Source: Escherichia coli (GTDB taxonomy: Bacteria; Pseudomonadota; Gammaproteobacteria; Enterobacterales; Enterobacteriaceae). From it: DNA of 64,000 nucleotides. Positions 19,396 to 33,483 of the stretch are shown here, piece after piece. The position numbers and the translations under genes are program-made. Each line of letters begins with the position of its first letter. The stretch's first letter is position 1. The stretch lies in NCBI RefSeq assembly GCF_030384885.1, contig NZ_CP128613.1; one strand, given 5' to 3'. The notes beneath the pieces are model-generated. The model was not told where the DNA came from, made no database searches, and worked only from the letters and a program-made list of their open reading frames with translations.

Positions 19396-19719
19396 TTACC
19401 TCATTCTGCTTTTTTTTCTCAAATGACATATATTATATTTTACATCATATTCATAGGCATATGACATTCCCCCGCCCCCCATTATGTCATTGTGGGTTGA
19501 TGTTGGGCTTTCATAAAAAAATACATCTTTTTTTGAACTAGCATTAATTATATTTACTTTATATATTAAAATATTTTCTCCATCTGGAAATATTTTAGCC
19601 ACACAATATAAAGCAGCCAAATCCGAATTACTTAAAAATATATTGTCATCACTCATAACTCCAGCCATTAAATGACTGGAGACTAAAGCAAGGAAATAAC
19701 AACATTGTATTGCCTTCAT
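19396..19719 (-). CDS. putative immunity protein for the adjacent Rhs C-terminal toxin
   Basis: about 107 aa from internal Met (MKAIQCCYFLALVSSHLMAGV...), hydrophobic signal-peptide-like N-terminus; start codon lies 1 nt after the toxin stop with an AAGGGAG RBS; very AT-rich. Confidence 0.5.
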   Translation of the reverse strand: MKAIQCCYFLALVSSHLMAGVMSDDNIFLSNSDLAALYCVAKIFPDGENILIYKVNIINASSKKDVFFYESPTSTHNDIMGGGGMSYAYEYDVKYNICHLRKKSRMR

Positions 19720-19720
19720 T

Positions 19721-20275
19721 TTAATTACTCCCTTGCCTGATAATTGTAACTCCATTCCCTTTAGCTTTGGGATTATATTTTAGATAGGTGTTATTTGGTG
19801 TTCCCAAGTAACTACTGTATTCTTTTTTTCCCATTCCATTCATATAAGAATTCGTTAAATCTTTGCTTGAAAAATTTAGACTATCATAAACATCATTTTC
19901 TTTTGTTACTTTATTTCCTTTATCGTCAGAGTAAAAACCGTGAGTGTGATAATCGCCTACTCTCTCTGAACCTTCAGGGCATTTTATATTTCGCAAGTCT
20001 ACACTATCATTATCATTTGAACTTATCGGATTCATGGGGAAATATTCACCTTGCTTCTTACATATTAGTCCACCATATTCTTTATTCTCGTTAATTGATT
20101 CTCCATTACACATTGCCAATGCAAATATTCCAATATCATCTATATTTTTTGATTTAAATTCATATAATCCTAATGGATCCATGCCATTCACCGGGCTCAG
20201 CGGATATGTATACAGGTTCCATCCCCCCTTCAGCCCAATCGGATCCTGAGTGATATACCGCCCCTGTAACCGTCC
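19721..20275 (-). CDS. Rhs C-terminal tip: end of Rhs core (DPxGL motif) plus variable toxin domain
   Basis: reading frame encodes ...[35 protein letters not shown] followed by about 145 aa of low-GC sequence with conserved Cys/His (GDYHTHG); DPxGL marks the core/toxin boundary in Rhs proteins; no in-frame ATG at the 5' end. Confidence 0.6.
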   Translation of the reverse strand, partial: GRLQGRYITQDPIGLKGGWNLYTYPLSPVNGMDPLGLYEFKSKNIDDIGIFALAMCNGESINENKEYGGLICKKQGEYFPMNPISSNDNDSVDLRNIKCPEGSERVGDYHTHGFYSDDKGNKVTKENDVYDSLNFSSKDLTNSYMNGMGKKEYSSYLGTPNNTYLKYNPKAKGNGVTIIRQGSN

Positions 20276-20664
20276 TCACCGGGAAACAGGTGCTCAAAAT
20301 ACAGGCTTCTGCCGCCGTTATCACTGAGTATCAGAGTGTTATCGCGCAGCTGCAAGCGGATATCCGCAGGCATTTTCCAGCCGGGGCCGAGGCTCCCCAC
20401 CGGCGCGGGCGTTTTTGTCCGGTAACTGCTGTAGGTGCGGGAGAGGATGAACGGCAGCGGGCCGGGCAGGGCAAGGTCGGTTTCGCCGGGAAGGACCTTC
20501 GCACCGAGCAGCGGATTGACCGGATGGCCGGACGTCACCCCGCCGGGGCACACCGAACAGGCCACGCCGGTGGGGGCACCAATACGTACCCCGGCAGAAC
20601 CCTGGACAATGGGGCCACCATACTGCGTCATGTCGCCCTGACGCGCCGCCGGTTTTCCGCTCAT
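20230..20664 (-). pseudogene. Rhs N-terminal (PAAR-like) fragment, out of frame with the C-terminal tip
   Basis: 144-aa ORF MSGKPAARQGDMTQYGGPIVQGSAGVRIGAPTGVACSVCPGG... matches the conserved N-terminus of E. coli Rhs proteins for about 125 residues, then terminates. Confidence 0.7.
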
Positions 20665-20786
20665 CGTAAAATCCTTTTAAAATAAATAAGAACCAGAAGC
20701 CTAGCGCCAGTCAACAACAGGAAATGATAATGAGTTAACACCCCGGAATGTTTCAGAATTTATAAAAGGCAAATTACAGGCACAAA

Positions 20787-20815
20787 AAAAGCGCCGTGCG
20801 GCGCTTTTTTCGGAA
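20787..20815 (-). terminator. rho-independent terminator downstream of rpmE
   Basis: hairpin AAAAAAAGCGCCGTGCGGCGCTTTTTT immediately after the rpmE stop. Confidence 0.65.
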
Positions 20816-20823
20816 ATCCGGTC

Positions 20824-21075
<252 letters not shown>

Positions 21076-21079
21076 CTAA

Positions 21080-23437
<2,358 letters not shown>

Positions 23438-23592
23438 TGCGCAAACGATGCGAGGCGGATCGAAAAATTCAATATTCATCACACTTTTCATGAAAATTCT
23501 GTAACCGTTTTCACGCGCTATCTGCTAAAAATGTTGCCGATGTGAAGTAAACATGGAAGTAGTACGCCTGCCGTGCCGGGCGAGGAGTGAGT

Positions 23593-24618
23593 GTGAAAGC
23601 GAAGAAGCAGGAAACTGCCGCGACCATGAAAGACGTTGCCCTGAAGGCAAAAGTCTCTACAGCGACCGTCTCCCGAGCATTAATGAATCCCGATAAAGTC
23701 TCCCAGGCCACCCGTAATCGGGTTGAAAAAGCGGCCCGGGAAGTAGGTTATTTGCCGCAGCCTATGGGGCGCAACGTCAAACGTAATGAATCCCGCACCA
23801 TTCTGGTGATTGTCCCGGATATCTGCGATCCCTTCTTTAGCGAAATTATTCGCGGTATCGAAGTTACGGCGGCAAATCACGGATATCTGGTGCTGATTGG
23901 CGACTGTGCGCATCAAAATCAGCAGGAAAAAACCTTTATCGATTTGATTATCACCAAGCAAATTGATGGCATGTTGCTGCTGGGTTCAAGGCTGCCGTTT
24001 GATGCCAGCATTGAGGAACAGCGTAATCTGCCGCCGATGGTGATGGCGAACGAATTTGCGCCGGAACTGGAGCTGCCTACAGTTCATATCGACAATCTGA
24101 CCGCCGCATTTGATGCAGTAAATTATTTATATGAGCAAGGTCATAAACGGATTGGCTGTATAGCCGGTCCCGAAGAGATGCCGCTGTGTCACTACCGCCT
24201 GCAAGGCTACGTTCAGGCGCTGCGTCGCTGCGGCATTATGGTTGATCCGCAATACATCGCCCGGGGCGACTTCTCCTTTGAAGCCGGAAGCAAAGCGATG
24301 CAACAGCTGCTTGCTCTTCCGCAACCGCCTACTGCTGTCTTCTGCCATAGCGATGTAATGGCGCTCGGCGCACTTTCTCAGGCAAAACGCCAGGGGCTGA
24401 AAGTCCCGGAAGACCTTTCCATAATCGGTTTTGATAACATCGACCTGACGCAATTTTGTGATCCGCCGCTGACAACCATCGCGCAGCCGCGTTACGAAAT
24501 CGGTCGGGAAGCTATGCTGTTATTGCTTGATCAAATGCAGGGGCAACACGTTGGCAGTGGCTCTCGTTTAATGGACTGCGAACTTATCATCCGGGGATCA
24601 ACGCGCGCGTTACCTTAA
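23593..24618 (+). CDS. cytR: LacI-family transcriptional repressor CytR
   Basis: recognised as CytR; probable GTG start giving 341 aa. Confidence 0.9.
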   Translation: MKAKKQETAATMKDVALKAKVSTATVSRALMNPDKVSQATRNRVEKAAREVGYLPQPMGRNVKRNESRTILVIVPDICDPFFSEIIRGIEVTAANHGYLVLIGDCAHQNQQEKTFIDLIITKQIDGMLLLGSRLPFDASIEEQRNLPPMVMANEFAPELELPTVHIDNLTAAFDAVNYLYEQGHKRIGCIAGPEEMPLCHYRLQGYVQALRRCGIMVDPQYIARGDFSFEAGSKAMQQLLALPQPPTAVFCHSDVMALGALSQAKRQGLKVPEDLSIIGFDNIDLTQFCDPPLTTIAQPRYEIGREAMLLLLDQMQGQHVGSGSRLMDCELIIRGSTRALP

Positions 24619-24709
24619 AGTAAACCTTTAAGACTGCCGTGACTGGTCAAAGGCCCGCCGCTTAAGTAACATGGCGGGCTGACGAACGAATAAATACAGC
24701 GAAACGATA

Positions 24710-25657
24710 GTGGCACAACGAGATTATGTACGCCGCAGCCAACCGGCACCTTCGCGGCGAAAAAAAAGCACCTCACGGAAAAAGCAACGAAATCTGCCTG
24801 CGGTTTCTCCCGCAATGGTCGCTATTGCTGCCGCCGTTCTTGTGACCTTTATCGGTGGTCTGTACTTCATTACGCATCACAAGAAAGAAGAGTCCGAGAC
24901 ACTGCAAAGCCAGAAAGTGACCGGAAACGGATTACCACCGAAACCAGAAGAACGCTGGCGCTACATTAAAGAGCTGGAAAGTCGCCAGCCGGGTGTGCGT
25001 GCACCAACAGAACCTTCTGCCGGTGGTGAAGTGAAAACGCCGGAGCAACTGACACCAGAACAACGTCAGCTTCTTGAACAAATGCAGGCTGATATGCGCC
25101 AGCAACCAACGCAACTGGTTGAAGTCCCATGGAATGAACAGACGCCGGAACAGCGTCAGCAAACGCTTCAACGTCAGGCACAACAGCGTCAGATTCAGGC
25201 GGCTCAACAGCAGCAGCGTCAGGCTGAGCAGGCATATCAACAACCGCGTACCGCGCAAGCGCAGCAACCACCGCGCCAGACGCAGCAGACTCGCCAGGCG
25301 GCTCAGCAGCCGTACCAGGATCTCCTGCAAACGCCAGCACACACTGCCGCGGCGCAGCCGAAGTCACAGCAAGTCGCGCCTGTTAGCCGGGCCGCTGACG
25401 CGCCAAAACAGACGGCGGAGAAAAAAGACGAGCGGCGCTGGATGGTACAGTGCGGTTCGTTCCGAGGCGCGGAACAGGCAGAGACGGTACGTGCTCAGCT
25501 GGCGTTCGAAGGCTTTGACTCGAAAATTACCACCAACAATGGCTGGAATCGTGTGGTGATTGGCCCGATTAAAGGGAAAGAAAATGCCGACGGCACCCTG
25601 AATCGCCTGAAGATGGCGGGTCATACAAACTGTATTCGACTCGCTACCGGGGGTTGA
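24710..25657 (+). CDS. ftsN: cell division protein FtsN
   Basis: recognised as FtsN (GTG start; TM segment, Gln-rich linker, C-terminal SPOR domain). Confidence 0.9.
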   Translation: MAQRDYVRRSQPAPSRRKKSTSRKKQRNLPAVSPAMVAIAAAVLVTFIGGLYFITHHKKEESETLQSQKVTGNGLPPKPEERWRYIKELESRQPGVRAPTEPSAGGEVKTPEQLTPEQRQLLEQMQADMRQQPTQLVEVPWNEQTPEQRQQTLQRQAQQRQIQAAQQQQRQAEQAYQQPRTAQAQQPPRQTQQTRQAAQQPYQDLLQTPAHTAAAQPKSQQVAPVSRAADAPKQTAEKKDERRWMVQCGSFRGAEQAETVRAQLAFEGFDSKITTNNGWNRVVIGPIKGKENADGTLNRLKMAGHTNCIRLATGG

Positions 25658-25686
25658 AACCCTCAAAATCCCCCCCATCTATAATT
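25654..25686 (+). promoter_or_regulatory. sigma-32 heat-shock promoter of hslVU
   Basis: TTGAAA -35 and CCCCATCT -10 with 13-bp spacing, matching the sigma-32 consensus, upstream of hslV. Confidence 0.6.
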
Positions 25687-25749
25687 GCATTATGCCCCGT
25701 ACTTTTGTACGGGGTTTGTACTCTGTATTCGTAACCAAGGGGTCAGCTC

Positions 25750-26280
25750 GTGACAACTATAGTAAGCGTACGCCGTAACGGCCATGTGGTCATCGCTGGT
25801 GATGGTCAGGCCACGTTGGGCAATACCGTAATGAAAGGTAACGTGAAAAAGGTCCGCCGTCTGTACAACGACAAAGTCATCGCGGGCTTTGCGGGCGGTA
25901 CTGCGGATGCTTTTACGCTGTTCGAACTGTTTGAACGTAAACTGGAAATGCATCAGGGCCATCTGGTCAAAGCCGCCGTTGAGCTGGCAAAAGACTGGCG
26001 TACCGATCGCATGTTACGCAAACTTGAAGCACTGCTGGCAGTCGCGGATGAAACCGCTTCACTGATCATCACCGGTAACGGTGACGTGGTGCAGCCAGAA
26101 AACGATCTTATTGCTATCGGCTCCGGCGGCCCTTACGCCCAGGCTGCGGCGCGCGCGCTGTTAGAAAACACTGAACTAAGCGCCCGTGAAATTGCTGAAA
26201 AGGCGTTGGATATTGCAGGCGACATTTGCATCTATACCAACCATTTCCACACCATCGAAGAATTAAGCTACAAAGCGTAA
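25750..26280 (+). CDS. hslV: ATP-dependent protease subunit HslV
   Basis: 176-aa ORF recognised as HslV (N-terminal Thr after Met). Confidence 0.95.
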
Positions 26281-26289
26281 GGATCTCCC

Positions 26290-27621
26290 ATGTCTGAAAT
26301 GACCCCACGCGAAATCGTCAGCGAACTGGATAAGCACATCATCGGCCAGGACAACGCCAAGCGTTCCGTGGCGATTGCACTGCGTAACCGCTGGCGTCGC
26401 ATGCAGCTTAACGAAGAGCTGCGCCATGAAGTGACCCCGAAAAATATCCTGATGATCGGCCCGACCGGTGTCGGTAAAACTGAAATCGCTCGTCGTCTGG
26501 CTAAGCTGGCGAATGCGCCGTTCATTAAAGTTGAAGCGACCAAATTCACCGAAGTGGGCTATGTAGGTAAGGAAGTGGATTCTATTATCCGCGATCTGAC
26601 CGATGCCGCCGTGAAAATGGTACGCGTCCAGGCTATTGAGAAAAACCGTTATCGCGCTGAAGAACTGGCAGAAGAACGTATTCTCGACGTGCTGATCCCA
26701 CCGGCTAAAAACAACTGGGGACAGACCGAACAACAGCAGGAACCGTCCGCTGCTCGTCAGGCATTCCGCAAAAAACTGCGTGAAGGCCAGCTCGATGACA
26801 AAGAAATCGAGATCGATCTTGCCGCAGCACCGATGGGCGTTGAAATTATGGCGCCTCCGGGAATGGAAGAGATGACCAGCCAGCTGCAGTCCATGTTCCA
26901 GAACCTGGGTGGTCAGAAACAAAAAGCGCGTAAGCTGAAAATCAAAGACGCCATGAAGCTGCTGATTGAAGAAGAAGCGGCGAAACTGGTGAATCCGGAA
27001 GAGCTGAAGCAAGACGCTATCGACGCCGTTGAACAGCACGGGATCGTGTTTATTGACGAAATCGACAAAATCTGTAAGCGCGGCGAGTCTTCCGGTCCGG
27101 ATGTTTCTCGTGAAGGTGTTCAGCGTGACCTGCTGCCGCTGGTAGAAGGTTGCACCGTTTCCACCAAACACGGGATGGTCAAAACTGACCACATTCTGTT
27201 TATCGCTTCTGGCGCGTTCCAGATTGCGAAACCGTCTGACCTGATCCCGGAACTGCAAGGTCGTCTGCCAATCCGCGTTGAACTGCAGGCACTGACCACC
27301 AGCGACTTCGAGCGTATTCTGACCGAGCCGAATGCCTCTATCACCGTGCAGTACAAAGCACTGATGGCGACTGAAGGCGTAAATATCGAGTTCACCGACT
27401 CCGGTATTAAGCGGATCGCGGAAGCAGCATGGCAGGTGAACGAATCTACCGAAAACATCGGTGCTCGTCGTTTACATACTGTTCTGGAGCGTTTAATGGA
27501 AGAGATTTCCTACGACGCCAGCGATTTAAGCGGTCAAACCATCACTATTGACGCAGATTATGTGAGCAAACATCTGGATGCGTTGGTGGCAGATGAAGAT
27601 CTGAGCCGTTTTATCCTATAA
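26290..27621 (+). CDS. hslU: ATP-dependent protease ATPase subunit HslU
   Basis: 443-aa ORF recognised as HslU (Walker A GPTGVGKT). Confidence 0.95.
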
Positions 27622-27687
27622 TCGCGTTCAATCATTTTCATCATTGTTTGATGGGGCTGAAAGGCCCCATTTTTATTGGCGCGTATT

Positions 27688-28614
27688 ATGACTGAACAAC
27701 AAATTAGCCGAACTCAGGCGTGGCTGGAAAGTTTACGACCTAAAACCCTCCCCCTCGCCTTTGCTGCAATTATCGTCGGGACGGCGCTGGCATGGTGGCA
27801 AGGTCACTTCGATCCGCTGGTCGCCCTGCTGGCACTGATTACCGCCGGACTGCTTCAAATTCTCTCTAACCTCGCTAATGATTACGGCGATGCAGTAAAA
27901 GGCAGCGATAAACCTGACCGCATTGGCCCGCTACGTGGCATGCAAAAAGGGGTCATTACCCAGCAAGAGATGAAACGGGCGCTCATTATTACCGTCGTGC
28001 TCATCTGTCTCTCCGGGCTGGCACTGGTTGCAGTGGCGTGCCATACGCTGGCCGATTTTGTCGGTTTCCTGATTCTTGGCGGGTTGTCGATCATTGCCGC
28101 TATCACCTACACCGTGGGCAATCGTCCTTATGGTTATATCGGTTTGGGTGATATTTCCGTACTGGTTTTCTTTGGCTGGTTAAGCGTCATGGGCAGCTGG
28201 TATTTACAGGCTCATACATTGATTCCGGCACTGATCCTTCCGGCGACCGCATGCGGCCTGCTGGCAACGGCAGTACTGAACATTAATAACCTGCGTGATA
28301 TCAATAGCGACCGCGAAAATGGCAAAAACACGCTGGTAGTGCGCTTAGGTGAAGTGAACGCGCGTCGTTATCATGCCTGCCTGCTGATGGGCTCTCTGGT
28401 GTGTCTGGCGCTGTTTAATCTCTTTTCACTGCATAGCCTGTGGGGCTGGCTGTTCCTGCTGGCGGCACCATTACTGGTGAAGCAAGCCCGTTATGTGATG
28501 CGGGAAATGGACCCGGTGGCGATGCGACCGATGCTGGAACGCACTGTCAAGGGAGCGTTACTGACTAACGTGCTGTTTGTTTTAGGGATATTCCTAAGCC
28601 AGTGGGCAGCATAA
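27688..28614 (+). CDS. menA: 1,4-dihydroxy-2-naphthoate octaprenyltransferase
   Basis: recognised as MenA (polytopic membrane prenyltransferase); start moved to MTEQQ. Confidence 0.9.
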   Translation: MTEQQISRTQAWLESLRPKTLPLAFAAIIVGTALAWWQGHFDPLVALLALITAGLLQILSNLANDYGDAVKGSDKPDRIGPLRGMQKGVITQQEMKRALIITVVLICLSGLALVAVACHTLADFVGFLILGGLSIIAAITYTVGNRPYGYIGLGDISVLVFFGWLSVMGSWYLQAHTLIPALILPATACGLLATAVLNINNLRDINSDRENGKNTLVVRLGEVNARRYHACLLMGSLVCLALFNLFSLHSLWGWLFLLAAPLLVKQARYVMREMDPVAMRPMLERTVKGALLTNVLFVLGIFLSQWAA

Positions 28615-28706
28615 CTGACAAATATCAATTAACAATTGATGATTTTGCCAACAGCCCACATAGCGCGATATACTGAAAATTCTCGCAGCAACTGAATGTT
28701 AAGCCT

Positions 28707-29192
28707 ATGAAATACGATACTTCCGAGCTTTGTGACATCTATCAAGAAGATGTTAACGTCGTGGAACCGCTGTTCTCCAACTTTGGCGGACGGGCGTCGT
28801 TTGGCGGACAAATAATCACGGTAAAATGTTTCGAGGACAACGGGTTGCTGTACGATCTGCTCGAACAGAATGGCCGTGGTCGTGTTCTCGTCGTTGATGG
28901 CGGTGGTTCTGTTCGTCGCGCACTGGTCGATGCTGAGCTGGCGCGTCTGGCAGTACAAAATGAATGGGAAGGCCTGGTCATTTACGGCGCGGTGCGTCAG
29001 GTAGATGACCTGGAAGAGCTGGATATCGGCATCCAGGCGATGGCAGCAATTCCAGTCGGTGCCGCTGGCGAAGGCATTGGCGAAAGCGATGTCCGCGTTA
29101 ATTTTGGCGGCGTCACCTTCTTCTCCGGTGACCATCTTTATGCCGACAATACCGGAATTATTCTTTCAGAAGATCCGCTGGATATTGAATAA
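28707..29192 (+). CDS. rraA: ribonuclease E inhibitor RraA
   Basis: 161-aa ORF recognised as RraA (formerly MenG). Confidence 0.95.
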
Positions 29193-29207
29193 GTACCTGC
29201 CATGCGT

Positions 29208-29238
29208 TAAAAGGGGAATTAAATTCCCCTTTTTTATA
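29208..29238 (+). terminator. rho-independent terminator after rraA
   Basis: hairpin AAAAGGGGAATT-AAATTCCCCTTTTTT. Confidence 0.65.
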
Positions 29239-29450
29239 TGCAAAATATTCATAAAGACTATCATTTGTTTTTATTTAATTCATTTTAAATATCAATAGTT
29301 CACATCTGACAATATAAATTAATTATCGATAAATCATTTCATAAAAATATGCAGCATTAAAAATTAATGCTATATGGTAAATTAACTATTCTGGGAATAG
29401 GGATATGAATCATCGTTAGTAGCGAACGTATTATATAATAAGGGATTGAT

Positions 29451-30167
29451 ATGAGATACGTTATCTTATTAATACTATGGATAATAACTACTTTTCTTAG
29501 TCATCTTCAGCACAGCAACCTACTGTCTGGAGATCCTGGCATGGTTGGCGAGTATATCGGTTCAGTATTTCTGGGGCCGTTGTTACTTCCCGTGCTTGTG
29601 TCAGGTATTCTGTGCGCATTTATTAAAAAAAAACGTAACTTCGCCAGTTTTACTCGCGGGTGCTGTTGGGTATTGGGAATCCTGCTTTTATCCAAAGTCG
29701 GCAATACGTTTCGTATGTTTACCCCGTGGCAATATACCTTTGAGAATGCTGCGATAACCGTGACTATCCCGAACCGACACTGGAATACGGTTTCCATTAG
29801 TACTAATAAAACCATTGATATAAGAAGTGAGGATAATAGCGTCTTCATTTCTGCTTTCCGCCTGCCCGCAGGACGTAGCGCCGATGACCCGCTGGAAGCG
29901 TTAAAGAAGAAGCAGCGAGACAATCTCAAGGATCAATACAATGAGGAAGCCTTCCAGTTTCATGATTGTAATGCCAAACATTTCACCTGTAAGTATCAGG
30001 ATGTGTTGATAAATTTTGATGGTCAGCAGAAAAGAACCATCAGTGTTTATCTTGAAGACACCCCCAGGGCTGTGGGGATCATTGCATTAATGGCGCCAGA
30101 TACGGCAGATAAATATCGCCAACAGGCGATGGAGATTATGCTTTCCGCTAAAAATGCAGTGAAGTAA
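29451..30167 (+). CDS. hypothetical membrane-anchored protein on an AT-rich insert
   Basis: 238-aa ORF; two or three predicted N-terminal TM helices then a soluble domain; no motif I recognise; AT-rich upstream region. Confidence 0.5.
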   Translation: MRYVILLILWIITTFLSHLQHSNLLSGDPGMVGEYIGSVFLGPLLLPVLVSGILCAFIKKKRNFASFTRGCCWVLGILLLSKVGNTFRMFTPWQYTFENAAITVTIPNRHWNTVSISTNKTIDIRSEDNSVFISAFRLPAGRSADDPLEALKKKQRDNLKDQYNEEAFQFHDCNAKHFTCKYQDVLINFDGQQKRTISVYLEDTPRAVGIIALMAPDTADKYRQQAMEIMLSAKNAVK

Positions 30168-30169
30168 AA

Positions 30170-30195
30170 AATAAGGCGCCTTGCGGCGCCTCTGC
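30170..30195 (-). terminator. hairpin terminator between the 238-aa ORF and zapB (T-run on the zapB side)
   Basis: AAGGCGCC-ttgc-GGCGCCT stem with T-run on the minus strand. Confidence 0.55.
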
Positions 30196-30205
30196 GTGGA
30201 AGAGA

Positions 30206-30514
<309 letters not shown>

Positions 30515-30876
30515 TTAATAAATACGAGCGCACTTTAGTTAGCTCCGATTGTATGAAGCCGCGCCATCGCTGTCCAGCGGCACGCCTTGCAGATTACGGT
30601 TTGCCACACTTTTCATCCTTCTCCTGGAGACATAATCCACGCAAATCGAAAATGTTAATAAATTTGTTGCGCGAATGATCTAACAAACATGCATCATGTA
30701 CAATCAGATGGAATAAATGGCGCGATAACGCTCATTTTATGACGAAGCACACACATTTTAAGTTCGATATTTCTCGTTTTTGCTCGTTAACGATAAGTTT
30801 ACAGCATGCCTACAAGCATCGTGGAGGTCCGTGACTTTCACGCATACAACAAACATTAACTCTTCAGGATCCGATT

Positions 30877-33253
<2,377 letters not shown>

Positions 33254-33289
33254 TATCAGGCATCTGAACCAATTGCCTGATACTGATCG

Positions 33290-33376
33290 CCTGATGCGAC
33301 GCTTACGCGTCTTATCAGGCCTACGAGCCGATGCCATTTTGTGTAGGCCGGATAAGGCGTTCACGCCGCATCCGGC
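33290..33376. repeat. REP/BIME element (two inverted REP units) between glpK and glpX
   Basis: GCCTGATGCGACGCTTACGCGTCTTATCAGGCCTAC and GTAGGCCGGATAAGGCGTTCACGCCGCATCCGGCA. Confidence 0.8.
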
Positions 33377-33483
33377 ATGTCGTAGACTCTGAAATCGTGC
33401 GGGGGCAACCCCCGCACACATCAATAATCCCGCCCTTCCCCTGTGCTACACTTCGCGCCATTCCTTACTGCTTAGAGTTTGCT

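Noticed and set aside
20191-20290. Programmed ribosomal frameshift joining the Rhs N-terminal fragment to the C-terminal tip
   Set aside because: No slippery heptamer seen at the junction, and the joined product would lack the entire Rhs core; a deletion scar explains the arrangement more simply.
24932-25559. ORFs antisense or out of frame within ftsN (24932..25342, 24966..25367, 25074..25559) and the repetitive Gln/Arg-rich coding stretch
   Set aside because: The repetitiveness reflects the Gln-rich linker of FtsN; the overlapping ORFs are low-complexity artefacts, not a repeat element or separate gene.
26263-27258. 331-aa ORF antisense to hslU
   Set aside because: Entirely within the hslU coding region on the opposite strand; long antisense ORFs arise by chance opposite codon-biased genes.
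33290-33376. Possible CRISPR array suggested by repeated palindromic units here and at 40383-40481, 45460-45544, 54333-54367 and 56459-56494
   Set aside because: These are dispersed REP/BIME units of ~35 bp at separate intergenic sites, not a tandem array of repeats with uniform spacers; no cas genes nearby.
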